From the NCBI GenBank assembly GCA_964247055.1, contig OZ176053.1, forward strand, positions 11,718,001-11,782,000: a stretch of DNA of 64,000 bases. The letters run 5' to 3'. How positions within the stretch are numbered: position 1 is the first letter of the stretch; each line of letters opens with the position of its first letter. Below the pieces are notes generated by a model, which was not told the DNA's origin, made no database searches, and saw only the letters and a list, made by a program, of their open reading frames with translations. Source of the stretch: Paragordius varius. Its lineage: Eukaryota; Animalia; Nematomorpha. Shown here in pieces: positions 11,035-24,600 of this stretch. A program made the position numbers and the translations under genes.

Positions 11035-12073
11035 TTAAATGTAGTCATAAGTCATTCGGTTTACTAAGAGAACGTGTATTTCACAGAAACACAGAACCCA
11101 TTTTGTTCATGAGGCATTAAACTTCAAACATTCACAACTTGAGTCCGCCAAAAGTAGCGTTTTATTTAACATTCAGCAATCAGTTGATATTATGCCTGAA
11201 AAAGTACATTTGAGGAATCCATAGCTTTTCTTATTACAACAGAAGAAAAAGATGGATGAACATAGTTTGCTAGTGAAACATATGGTGAATATAATCTGTT
11301 GATTAAAACATTGAATTCGTAAATTAAAGTTGTCATTTCAATGTGAAAGACAGTAAGGGGTTCTGGTAGACGAAGACGATCAAATAGTTATTGGATGATT
11401 GCCAACGTCTAACAATCGGCAGTAGCGTTATATGTATAACAAAATACAAACAATAAATGTTTACTAGCAATGATAAGGATCAATAAAGTTGGTAAACAGG
11501 TTCCACAACACATTTTGAATGAACCTTTAATAAAATGACTTGTGACTTCATCAACATGAAAAGAAATTATTTTTACATAAATTAGTGAAGGGTGATGAGA
11601 AATGGATATTTTTGTAAAGCCAAACGAAATAATCATGGGTTTCACCTGCCAAGGCGGTCCAAAGGCCGAATTGCTTCGGCAAAACGACATTTTTTATGTT
11701 TGGTTTGATATCAAATGATTAACTTAAACCATAAATTAAACAAACGACCGAAATGAACTAGAAAATATAGCGTAATTCTTTAACAAAATGCTTCGTTTCA
11801 CATAGAAACCAGTATATGTAAGACACCTTAAAATTGCTTCGATGGGAAGTTCTTTCACATCCGCTATATACCTGGTGCTGACTATTTTTAATTTGCATGA
11901 ATGGGGCACCCTCTCGCAGATAAATATTTTGATAATTTCGGAGACGTTGGATGGCATGACGAACGGTTTGCAACAAAAGACAATAAGGTTTTTCTCGCAA
12001 CGCATTTTAAATTACTTGAAGGGCGAAATATATAGAATCTAAAGAAATTAATAAATAATTGATTTCGGCCTGG
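11035..12073 (+). mobile_element. Decayed Mos1-like mariner transposon
   Basis: Left end TA-ttaaatGTAGTCATAAG, right end CCTGG-TA; peptides LFLHKLVKGDEKWIF, RPNCFGK, WEVLSHPLY, MGHPLADKYFDNF spread over several frames. Confidence 0.85.
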
Positions 12074-12485
12074 TATTTATTACATAATACCCAATTTAAT
12101 ATCGTATATTAATAAATATATCTATTCATTAAAATTTTGTAGATAAAAACCGGAGAAATCATTAGATTTAAATTTTTTCATCGAAGATTAACTTTATTTT
12201 TCGATATTTAAAAAATGTAGATATAAATCTGTTATCTTTTATAATTTTGCGAACGGAATAAACAAAATTTAAAATAATTAATTATATATAGTGGTCGTAA
12301 TTTTTTAAAATAATATTGAAATATTTAAAATATCACTGGCTATATTTTTTTCGATATGGCCCGCCGTTTTTAAACTAAAAACGCGGCTGGCCATTGTGTT
12401 GGACACCCTGCTCTTTATAGTAATTATACTAAAATTGATGAAATTAAATGATAAATATGTGATTGCCCTTTCTGTCGACATTATA

Positions 12486-14423
12486 CTAAACATACCTGAT
12501 TGGGGGCATGGAATCGAGCTTATCTATATTTTCGTGTGTTTGATAAACCTGATAACTTCCGATTCCTCGCTTAATAAAGGGTTGCAATAGGCCCGGAATT
12601 AAAAGCAATTTAGCTGGAAGAGAGTAACTATTCCGTAATAAATTTGATTGATATGGATATTCTAGAAATATATTATCGGGAGGCTTTTTTATTAGTGAAA
12701 AGATATTGTTTTTGTTAAATCTGGTAGACTTAATTTCTATTTTTTCGTGCAACTTGTGCTTTTTCCTATCGATTGTCTTTATAATTTTATAAGGAGACAA
12801 TGTTTGATGAACTTGACCATTATCAAAAGGAATTTCCAATTTTATGTACTCTTTTTGTTTTAAGGGTATATCGTCAATGTAATCATTATTATCTTCATCT
12901 TTTTTAGAATCATCAATGACGATTAATTTTATAGGGTCCATATTTATGGCTTGTTGAATGTTAAATTTATGATCATTGTTGGTTTTTATGGCATTGTTAG
13001 GGTCAGCTACTGGATTCTTTGCGAGTGTAGGTTTTACAGCCTTTTCATCATTGAATGCAATATACATTTTAGTCGTATTCTCATAGCCTCCTTTTAAATA
13101 ATCGTTTATATGAACCACTGGTCTTCCACCATTTCCAAAGTCTACTTCGGTATTACCAACGATTTGATTCTTGTAAATATTAGTGTCTTGTGAAATATCT
13201 ATGGGTATATCATCCTCAAATTGGGATACTCTCTCAATATCATCCAAACTATTTTCCCTTAAAACAACATATTTCTCATATGGATTTTGTGCATGTGTTT
13301 TAGGGAGTTCAGAGAAATTTTCTAATAATGTCGGTTTTTTTATATTATCCATATTTTTATCCAACAAGGAAGCGTCTTTTTGTGGCACATTATACGATAG
13401 ATAAAGATTATTTTGTCCTTTGTCAACAGGTGAAGATAATGCATAATGATCGTATGATGCAAATCTTGGATATCTTAATCTTTTCATATTACTTTTGTTT
13501 AGCATGGATTTAGAAACCATTATTAATGGTTTAACCTTTTTCTCATAAAAACTGTATTGAAACTTTGGGTACCTCATATTATATTTGGGTAATACGGAAT
13601 GTTTGTTTTTCCATTTTAAGTATTTTGCATATGGGTTGTGAGCATGCTTTTCACCAGGTAATTGGTCAATGAAATTATTATTCCTTCTTTGTTGTTTCCC
13701 TCGATAATATCTTAAAGCTTGGTTAACTTCATTTAGTTGACGCTCAGATTCTAATGCCTGTATGCGATTATTTTCCTTAACCGTATCATAGGAGATATAA
13801 AAATCATCTATACTTTTTCCTGTAGTCGTTGCTAGTTTTTGAGGTTTTGTTGCATCAGTTAGATTGTAAAAAATGTCATTTATTGCATATTTGGGCACAT
13901 GAGGACGTTTTTTTCTGTCACCCTTTAAATTTTCGAACGCATACAAGTAATGATTATTATGTAAAGGGATTCTATTTTCATTTCTACTAAGATTAAATGG
14001 AAACGTATCCAATGCCGTATCATTGTTGCGTGAAAATGCATACAATATGTGCGTATTAAAATCAACACCAGACAATACAGAATTAGTACCTGAAGTGCCA
14101 TTGTTATGAGCCAAAAGAATGTCAATGTAAGTTTTGAATTCGGATGTGGAAATATTTTGATTTGTAATTATATATGTAATATTTCTGGATCCATCCTCTG
14201 TAAGTGATTCAGTTTTGAACAATTTGATGGTTTGATTTTCATTGGCGGGTGGAAGCAAATTTTCTAAATCCATTAGGCGAACATTACTGGAAGAAATTTG
14301 TCTTTTAGATCGTCGGAAATTAGTGGATACATTATTAGCATTATCATCCATACTGTATGACTGATATAACGTTATTGTAAAAAGAAAAAAATATTTTTTT
14401 ATAATATAAGTTAGGATATTCAT
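12486..14423 (-). CDS. 645-aa uninterrupted orphan ORF, probable secreted pro-protein
   Basis: 1938-nt ORF in about 75% AT DNA; N-terminus basic then hydrophobic (KKYFFLFTITLYQSYS); RRSKR and RKKR basic sites; internal repeat LP-x(2-3)-HA[HQ]NPY[AE]KY; no family recognised; true start uncertain. Confidence 0.8.
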   Translation of the reverse strand: MNILTYIIKKYFFLFTITLYQSYSMDDNANNVSTNFRRSKRQISSSNVRLMDLENLLPPANENQTIKLFKTESLTEDGSRNITYIITNQNISTSEFKTYIDILLAHNNGTSGTNSVLSGVDFNTHILYAFSRNNDTALDTFPFNLSRNENRIPLHNNHYLYAFENLKGDRKKRPHVPKYAINDIFYNLTDATKPQKLATTTGKSIDDFYISYDTVKENNRIQALESERQLNEVNQALRYYRGKQQRRNNNFIDQLPGEKHAHNPYAKYLKWKNKHSVLPKYNMRYPKFQYSFYEKKVKPLIMVSKSMLNKSNMKRLRYPRFASYDHYALSSPVDKGQNNLYLSYNVPQKDASLLDKNMDNIKKPTLLENFSELPKTHAQNPYEKYVVLRENSLDDIERVSQFEDDIPIDISQDTNIYKNQIVGNTEVDFGNGGRPVVHINDYLKGGYENTTKMYIAFNDEKAVKPTLAKNPVADPNNAIKTNNDHKFNIQQAINMDPIKLIVIDDSKKDEDNNDYIDDIPLKQKEYIKLEIPFDNGQVHQTLSPYKIIKTIDRKKHKLHEKIEIKSTRFNKNNIFSLIKKPPDNIFLEYPYQSNLLRNSYSLPAKLLLIPGLLQPFIKRGIGSYQVYQTHENIDKLDSMPPIRYV

Positions 14424-14914
14424 TTAGATGGGCGGCTACAAAAAAGGTAGAAATTTTTTTTATATTCAGAAAAAGAATACTTGTCAGGTACTCATGTGTA
14501 TGACATATGAAAAGGGAAAGTTTAAGCTGCGTTTAAACTATATACGAAAAATATTTTAAAATTTAGTAACGGAAATAACTATATAAAATATTATTGTTAT
14601 CATTTAATCTCTTTTTATATTTTTGTCTTTTCAAATATTACTCTTCCTGCATCTTTAATATAAAAATTATAAAAACACTGTGTAACAATTTATTATCATC
14701 AATAGTTATATTTATACAAATATATATTTATATATAATAATAAATGGCTAAATTTGATAATGTTATAACAGAAAATAAAATTAAATAATACACAAGTTTT
14801 ATATAGATGATAAATGTGAAGGATTATGGGAAAATGTAACACAGTCGTTAGAAATACAGCTAAGCAAGGAATATATATATATATATATATATATATGCGA
14901 ATCAAAAGTTTTCT

Positions 14915-15673
14915 TTACGATACAATTACCACATTATTATTAGTTAATGCTGTTTTTTCATTCTTTGGACTTTGTTGGTTTGTCGTCATGTTATTCGCCT
15001 GTTTACGACCAGAGAAATGATTTAAGCTGGTAAAATTGTTTAAGCACATTTCACCACCTTGCGTAGTAAAGTGGTATGATGGGAAGGTAGGTGGAGGAAT
15101 AAATGGAAAAGGTGGCATATACAGGCCATTGAATGGAGGGGGACCCCCGAACAGCTGTTGAGGAGGTGTGATATTGTTGTTGCAAGTGCTAATTTTACAC
15201 GTATTAAATAATTCTGGATTGCCAAATGCCATTGTGGATGATATTGTTCCATTGTTGATGACGTTGTTGATTTTTTGAGTCATTGTTCGAGATGGATGAT
15301 AACCCACTAAATGTGAATGATCCATCATGGGACCGAAAGGGAAAAATGGCATATTCTGGGCTAATTCCTGAGCGTTTGCCGCATTTGTTAGTGACGTATG
15401 ATCCCGATACTCTGAACCTGACATAATGTTGGATAAATTTGAGGAGGAAGCATCACATCTTCTCCTTTGTTGTTGTTTACTAACAGGTTGATGTTGTAAA
15501 TCATTTTTAATAGCAGCAAAGGATTTATTTGTGGCATTCACATGTTCATTGCGAATATGATTGACGCCATAAGGTGATGAGGAGGATAATGATAAAAACT
15601 GCATATTTTGCGATTGAGGCATTTTTTGTGAAACATGGTCCTCAGGTGAACGATAGTAATGCTGGGTGAAATC
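14915..15673 (-). CDS. RERE: RERE-like last traced coding exon
   Basis: aattttag|GAT, phase 0, open to TAA at 14915; an internal donor near 14933 could extend the gene. Confidence 0.75.
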   Translation of the reverse strand, partial: DFTQHYYRSPEDHVSQKMPQSQNMQFLSLSSSSPYGVNHIRNEHVNATNKSFAAIKNDLQHQPVSKQQQRRRCDASSSNLSNIMSGSEYRDHTSLTNAANAQELAQNMPFFPFGPMMDHSHLVGYHPSRTMTQKINNVINNGTISSTMAFGNPELFNTCKISTCNNNITPPQQLFGGPPPFNGLYMPPFPFIPPPTFPSYHFTTQGGEMCLNNFTSLNHFSGRKQANNMTTNQQSPKNEKTALTNNNVVIVS

Positions 15674-18600
15674 CTAAAATTAATCATCGTATCATATAAA
15701 AATACAAAAAAAAGATATATATGGCATGGATAATAAATGATTGTAGATTGGTAGTATACTTTATTTGGGGCTATTGTTGCAAATTATTTTTGATAGACAG
15801 GTATATATATAATACCATTTACCATTCAAATCCTCAAATAAATTATATGTTTTTAGGATTAAAAATTACCTATATTTTTATAAAATCGAATTTAAAATTA
15901 AAATAATCCTGAAAAAAAACAGATAATTAATTTTTAGGGTAAATTTGAATTGTTCAAGGGTAATTTTGAATTGTTAAGTATGAATTTGTAAATGGTATAT
16001 TAAAAAATAAAGTTCGCAACACTACAACTATTAACTTGGATAAGATTTAGGGGCAAGGGATAAAAACCTTCGGGAATTTAAAAAAAATGCATGAAAAAGC
16101 TCTTTAACTTTTGATGAAAGGCATCAATAGTTATCAAAATTGTTACAAAGGTCTATGTCCAACTTTTTCGAGTCCAAATATCTAATTAAATCTATAGCTT
16201 TATTTATGATTAATAACTACGAAAATCATTTTCTAGCCTTTGCTATTAAACACATTAAACTAATTGACAATATATTAGGCTTTATTTTGTAATAGTAAAT
16301 ATCATAAAAATACTTTAAAGTTGTTAACATTTGGATTGGGAATCGATAAAGGCTCATTACGATTCGATAATGATGACAAGTTTGAATAGTTTTGTTCGCG
16401 TAGTAAATTATTTGTACCTTTTAATTTGGTCGAAATTTGATGGTTTAGTAAATTAGGGTGTATGAAATTTGGATTAATAACAGTTAAGGAGTTGACTAGA
16501 TTGGAAGAAGTATGGAAATCATTTGTGTAACCATTATTATTGTTGGTTATATGGCCATAGGGGGATTTTATCACGCTTTCAAATCGGTGTTTTGGATTAT
16601 GCTGATATTTAATGCTGGCTACTTTACAATCTCCATAGGCATTTTTGGGGGTAGGTTCAGTAGAAACACTAGGAATCAAGAAAATGGGAGCCTTAAGCGG
16701 ACCGCTTGACCGATTGTTAGAGGTATGGGCTACATCAGTCCCAATATGTTCCCCAGTCATAGTGTAACGATTTGAATTTTTTGAAAGTTCTGTTCCGTTG
16801 TAATGATTTGGTAACCATTGAATAGATGGGGATATGCTATTATCACACAAATTTTGATGATTTTTACTATTGTTCAAGTTGTCTTTATTAATGGGTATAA
16901 CTCTTTTGGCAGAATCTATAAAACAACATATTATCACAATAATGTTTGAAAATTGAAAAATAATGCATGGTTTAAATGGTTAAATTAAACTATCCATCAA
17001 CATTATAAACCTTGTTTAAATTGTGATGCATCTCTCTTTTTTGCTCCATCTACCGATTCATTGCGTTGGAATGACATATTAGGCATACGTTCTCCATTTC
17101 CATAACATCTCGAGGACTGGTTATTTTTACTGTCATTTGATTGAGTTGTTTTTTCTCTGGAAATTTTGTAGGGTGAAGGTTCATCCCTACCATAATTGGC
17201 AAGGCCATCATCCATCATAAAAGGAGGAACAAATGGAAACATCCCGGGCAATGGGGGCGCATTAGGTAAGAATGTAGGAAAACCCGGCATTAAACCAAAA
17301 GGATTTATTGAGGCCGCTGCTAACATACCCTGTAAATCTCCTGGAATTAGTTGTTGATGTTGTTGGAAATCATGAGAATCCGTTGATGAATGCTCCCCCA
17401 AATGATTAAACAGCGGTCCGGCCGATGCAAATGGATTGAGGGGAGGTGGTGGTGGAAACATACGAAACAAATCTACATGTATAGAATATATCATCAAATT
17501 GAGACTTTATGCGGTAAACAATGTAAATGTAAAAATCATCCCTACCCTAAAACGCGTATAAAATAAGTTATATTAAATGGTAATAGTTGTTCCTACATTT
17601 TTCCAAATAAACTTACAAAGTAACGGATAATTAGAAAAAAGTACGCTCGAATTCGATAAAACCTTCGAATGTCACGTTGGGTGGAAAACAGGGAAGCATC
17701 ATAGGGGGTATGAGGTCTTTTGCTTCAATTTGTTGGCTACCAGCTAACCAAGGAGGCAATGATGGAAACATTGGAGGTACCAAAGGGAACCGTTGCAAAA
17801 TGTTTGCATCCAAGTTTGGACTTTGATTATTAGACATCTCTTCTAAATGCTGTTTATTCGTAAAGGCATAATGATGCTGCTGATTTAAGCCAAAAGGATT
17901 GGATGAAAAACTTGTATGTGAAACAGGATTTGAATAATTAGATATTTCATTTTGTGTCATGACAGCATGATTGGTCATATGAATGTGGCTAATGCCTGTA
18001 TTTTTTGCGTCATTTTGTTGAGTCGTAAGAGGTGGCTAAAATGTCAAATCAGAATTTACAAAATATTTTTGATTTCAAGTTTTAGGATTAAAATTGGGCA
18101 ATAATTTAATGCCATCGCATAGATTTGATTTTATACTTACTTTGTCCCATTTTGTTATAAAGTATATACACAATAAAAATGCCAAATAAATGATATAAAA
18201 ATATACCTTTTCATTTCTTTGCTCAATCAATATTTTCTGATAGAGTACAGAATTGAGAAGAAATATTATGTCACATCGTGAACACGATTCCCCATCTATT
18301 GCTTTCTCAATTTTGGCCTTTGCAAACCTGTAAATAAAAAACGTTTATAATAATATGAGAGGTAAAAATTTCTACAACATTGTAGTAATATCAAGTTATA
18401 TTTTTTTAAAAAATAACTCATAACTACTATACATTAAAAAACAAAGTTTTACATAACACTATTATATACAATATATATATATATATATATACCTTCCAAA
18501 TTTATGACGTCGAGCCAAAGTTGATTTTAATAAATTATCTTGTAGAGCGACCGTATCTATACATTCTATATCGTCAGTTGGTTCATCACAAGCTTGAGGT

Positions 18601-21600
18601 AATAATACTGAATCTTTTATAATTATGCCTTTTTCCAAATGCTTCTGAATTATAGGGGTGGAATGTAAAGAAATTTGAGGCGAAAATTCCATATCTGTAA
18701 AATTTATTCAAAAGACGCGCTTAAAATATAATGCAATATCCACTGTTGCAGTGTTTTAGAAAGGAATTCTCACACAAATGCAAATTACTACTTATGAAAA
18801 TATTAATCATAACAATTAATGTTAAGTTTGTTTATAATTTCTAAATAAACCTATTCAATTGTTTTGTATTATATATGATAAGTAGTCAAATTGTGGTCAT
18901 TTTAACCCTAAAAACAAATAAAAAAAGCAATAGTCATTAAAAAAATTTGCACAAATTAATATTTAACTTTAAATTGTGCCTAGTCGATATTGTAACATAA
19001 AACGACAGTTTAAGCAAAGACACAAATCCTACTTTCAAGTTACAACGCCTTTAAATCTGTTTCCTTTCAAAAGAAATTAAAACAAGCATTATTACCATTT
19101 TTGTTAGGTGTTAAGGGTGGTGTTTTAATGAGCGCAAATTGTGCATCTTGGATTTGAGCTGAGGCCGCGGCCAAATTTGTCAAGGCTTGCGCTATTATAT
19201 CATTTGTTGGTGACATTGAAACAACGCAGCTCTTATTATCAGCTAAAATACAATTATTATTGTTGTTGATTGAAGAATCATCATTGGTTGTTTCGTCCAT
19301 GTATGGGCCGCTTGTGGGTGAATCAAATTTATTTAGAGATAGCTCTTTGGCTGAAAAGAGGGGACATGAAAGTAGGGCTTCTTCTTCGTTTGAATTTGAG
19401 CAAGTTGTTATATTATTGGTTAGTGTTAGTGATCTGGGAGAAAACATATATTGTTAATGAATTTGTCGGTCATATAAATGATGATCAATTTAGTTAGTAG
19501 ATTTTACCAAAATTTTTGAAACCCAAAAAATAATTTATAATAGAGGAAAATTGATTTTTTTGGCAACAAAAGATTAATCATTCTCAAGTATATTTATTGG
19601 AATGAAAAGGCAAATAACTTACTTATTTTGCGATCGAAATGTAAAAAATTATCAAATATAATAAATCAAATGCAAACAAATGTCTTATTTTTATTCGTGA
19701 TAAATAGTATAGATTTTACTTTGTTAGTGTGTCTTCATCTATACCATTATTGAGCTTAAGCCTCTTGCTAGACGTATAACTTGAATGTTCAGTTTTGGTA
19801 ACCATGGAATCACCAGAAACCATTACAAAGGATTTATTGGGCGTGTTAGAAATTTGTTTTTCTCCTTTATTTTGTAACACATTTTTATCTTTATCAATAT
19901 AATCAATGTCGTAACAATCGTTGGTAAGTTTATTCGTGGCTATTGTGCATATAATTTAAACATGATTAGAAAAAAAACTTATAGGGACCCCATATAGATT
20001 TACAACTATCCTCTATTAACCAATTAAAATTTTCATAACTAACCAAAATATTGACATTTACCTTAATTTAAACTTAAAAGCTTGTTAAAAAATCTTGTTA
20101 TAAAAACAATTAGAGACTTCAGAAAATATTTAAAAATTTTATTAAACTTAGAGTTTAAATAAAGTTTAGTATTTTTTATTAAACTAAATTTTCAAATAGT
20201 AAAGTTAAAAATATGCAGTTTTATACAGTAATAGCACCAAAAAAAAGATGCATAATGTAAAATATTTACAATCTTTAACGGTTTGCTGGGTAGGACTAGA
20301 GAGCGATTTAATATCCTCTTCGCTTTTGGTAAGGACTATAGCCGTTGACATACAGCTATCCGATTCAAGCTTAATTTTCATTACGATATTCGGGTGTTGA
20401 TCATCTACTAAGGTCTCTACATTAGGGGGACCGATTTGGATGTCATTTTGTGTAAAATTTGTTTCATTTTGATTCGGGGTACATATTGATTCTTTTATTT
20501 CAATATTATTTTCGGGTGTTGTATAAAGAGATTGCCCATTTATATTACCGTTTGTGCTAACTTTATTTTGGGTTTTGTGATTATTCGCAACAGCTGTTTT
20601 GGTCCGGAATGAACCATTTTCTTTGGCAACGCGGACAAGATTGACTAGAGGTATGTCATCGTTATCAAATAGATTGTTATAATGGGCATCTAAAAAAGGT
20701 TGGGAACAATTAGTATAAAAACTTTAAAAAAAACATATGTAAAAGTAAAAATCGACAGGTAAGTCAATCTGTATAAAAAAACTTGAATAAGCAGAAAAAA
20801 GAGATAAAATACAGAGTCAACTTAGAAATCATACTGAGTTCATATTAAAAGTTACGAAAAAATTTTATATTTATACCTTTGGACATTTCTTCGATAGCTT
20901 TACGAGCTGCATTACGACGCACATCCCCAAATTTCGAAGTCTATAATTAGGATTTTTACATATTATATTCGTATGCATTTGTACCGGTTTCATATAATAA
21001 AAGTTTTATGAACAAATTTTAACTCCATCAAATAAAATGGTATATATAGGTTACCAACAAGATTCACAGAAATATTTTAGGATACCATATTTTTACGATT
21101 TTTCCCAATTAAACTTATTTTAAATGGTGAATATGAATTTGAGATGTATTGGATACTCAAAAATTTTACAATGGTAATTACACATGTTTTTTTAAAAAAA
21201 TATGATCACTCCTTTATTTGTTTAAGTTTTACTTTAATAATTTAAATCTTTCATACAAAAGCATGGTTAAGGCATGTAAAACACGAATGAACATACCTTT
21301 GTGCCATTAACGGATTCATATATGGTACCATTAATACGAGACGATTTGGATACTAAGGTGTTATCAGAAAAATCTTTGCAAGTATTCACATTAGAATTAG
21401 ATTGCAAAGATGATGTTACAAGATCAGAGGGTATACTAGAAACAGCAGTCATGGGTAAATTGCTATTGCTATTGCAATTATTATTATTCGACGATTTCTT
21501 TTCTGTGTTTAATGTTTTGGTGTTATTGGGATTAACCGAAGTCCGACGAACGACCTTACGGGGTCGCCTTTGATTCCGGCTAGGGTTGTAGGGGCTTTTC

Positions 21601-24600
21601 TTCCAAAAGTAATAAAATTGCACCAAATCTCTCTGTGTAAAAGATAAAATAAAAATATGGCCAAATTAATTTTTTTTGCATTCAAGTTAAAAAGACAACA
21701 CAGCAGATTTGTCTACAAAAGCCCTAAAAAACTGAAAAAATCGGCCTTAACTTGAATGTATTCTGATATAATCATTACCGTTTGTTTATCTTTTAAATAT
21801 TCGGATCGTATGGTGTGAAATTCTTTACCCACATTCCGTACTGCTTTGGTGAATATTTTCTAATAATGAATATAATTGATTAAAATCTTGAATGAAAGAA
21901 ACAAATTTATAAACAATTAAAAGAAGGGACATTTTTTCGCATAATCAATAAAAATATTTGTAATGAAGTGAAATAAATACGGCATCTTCGTGGTTCCAAT
22001 CCCTTTCCCAGAGCGATGGAGTGGGTTGACCCTCCAAAATTTTCAAAGTTTTTTTCACATTATAATCATTTTTGTGGAGCTAAGAATTTTATATAAATAT
22101 ATATATATATATATATCGAAAAATAATTATGTAACGTATATATAAAAAAAGATATGATGATCTAAAGTCCCAAGTAAGGAGATAAACAATTTGTTTATCG
22201 GAACATGTAAATACATTTAATTTGCCTCATTACAGGTAAAGTGCTGTATAAAATAAACTACGCCAAAAACAATTTAACATAAAAGTTGGAAAATTAAAAA
22301 CTAATAATATACATAGGGCGGCCAATTAAATTAAATTAGATTGTTATTAAAACTAATTCTTTTTATACATTTTTTTCAAACGCGAATATAATGAAAAACA
22401 TCATACTAAATCGAAATAATGTTGAGTAGTTTGGTCTTTGGAGATAGCAGATTGTCCATCCAATTTTGTCATTCCGTTTTTGTGATAAACCCCGGCTAAG
22501 GAGGTGATGTTTCTAACCAAAAAAGTGCATATAAATTTTTTTGCCAGAATCATCTATACTTTATAAATGTATTTAAAAGGACTTTTAAACCAAAACATAC
22601 ATAAGAGAGGATACACCGTAGCCATAAATTGTTCACGTCAAAACTTTATGATTAAGGTTTAATAAGCTCATTGATTTTTAAAAGTCTAGTAACTGTATTT
22701 TGTCAAAAACATTAACGGTGTATTCCACGGGAAAATTAATACAGTAAACATTGTTCAATTAATAATTATCACATCTCTCAGACATACTGACTGTGTAAAC
22801 AATCAATATTTTTTCCAAATATTTCAAAATCGGTCATGCTTGACAAAATTTGTTCAATTTAACAACAAACATCATATTGTATTTGTAATATATCAATTTC
22901 TATATATATATATATATATATACTAAGTATTATTCCATGTTTAATATTTTTTATAAGTTTACCGGAAAAAATAAAATCAAGATTAAAAAATAATAAAATC
23001 CATAAATTATTTATATATGATAAATGATTTTTTTCCTCATTAATATTCTTATTTTTGGATAGGGAAAAGAAAAGGTGAAACAACAAAATGATATAAATAC
23101 TAAGAAATATGGATGTTTAATCAAGCGTGTGTCATATTATGCCTTAATCTTAATACATACGCCTAACAAAAACAATGTTTCAATGGACTCAACAATTATA
23201 TAACATATAGATAATAAGTGTCAGACTTGTTAAAAAGTAATGTTATACAGTAATAATGTATACAGCATAAGAAAAGTATGTCCAAAATTAAACATCAATA
23301 GTATGTTAATACATAGGGAAAAAGTGTTTAATTGCAACCATTTGTTGTTTATTACCATACGCTACTGTGTATACATATATATATATTTATACATTAAAGA
23401 GCATTATTTTTGGTTAAAACTGATTTTCTTGGAAAATAGAAAAAATATATTTATTTGCTTGCATCTTTTTGTGTATTGGCCAAATATAAAACCCTTAAAA
23501 CCAATAATATATCTCTGTTAACTGTTGTAATAATAAAAATGGTGGCAAAAAGAAAACAATCCTATAAAATCAAGTTTTATTACCGTGATTACTTATAATA
23601 CATTGTATAATTTATGCGACACTTTCACCTGTTAATTAAAAAAAATATGAATGAATCTTGACAAGCGTCTTCGATTCATATACTAGATTTACAAAAACAA
23701 AATTATTTGATAAATAAAAATTTAGCATTTCAGAAGTCAAATGAACACAACGCTAAAGACAAGATAAAAAATAGCTTGTTCAGGTGCATTTAGATACAAC
23801 AAATGAAGTTTTTTATGGATTATTTCAATATGAAATCACATAAAAATTTGAATTATCTAAATGTGTTAGTTAATATATATCACCCCCCACCCCCCTTGGG
23901 AAGCCTAATGCGATTTGGGTACATTAAGAGATATACGAACAAATTACGATCTTTGTTAAATATCTTGGAAAGGTTGATATCGTTTTTATACAAGTTATAA
24001 ATACATTAAATATTCTACAAGAATTCATGCTTTTAAACACGTATAAATATTGGAAGATACAAGACCACTTGTATGTGATGATTTGCTAATAGACACTTAT
24101 ATGAATACATCCAATTTTTTATCCAAAAACTTGACATTAAATTAATCAAAAAGCTAAGGCTAGAAATGAATAATACTAAGCAAATTCAATCGATACAAGT
24201 TACGAATGGAATGTACCAGGCCAGGCTGTTATTAATAAAAAACACACTCAATTTAACATTTTTAGCGTAGTAATTAAAATATATTTTAATAGACATACAT
24301 AGCAGAAGATGATCCATTCATATTCTATAAAACATATTTCGAATACCTTTAAAATTTACAAAGGTATAAACACCCGTAAAACATTTTAGTAAGTTTAGTT
24401 AATTTTTATGGGAAAATATAAAATTATAAACCGTTGAAACAGATCTAAAGTTATACATAATCTGCCAAAGGACAAAAATTAATATGTTAAAAGCCTCTTA
24501 TAAATTATATGTGGATTGTGTAAGAAAGATTATTGTTTAAAATAAAAATAAATTATGACAACACAACTATGGTGCATACGCGACACGACACAATACAATA

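Noticed and set aside
11736-12042. Three overlapping ORFs suggesting a separate element or gene
   Set aside because: They overlap the 3' half of the plus-strand mariner at 11035-12073 (WEVLSHPLY, MGHPLADKYF).
23881-23900. C-rich tract as a possible G-quadruplex on the minus strand
   Set aside because: Only two long G runs; not enough evidence for a functional element.
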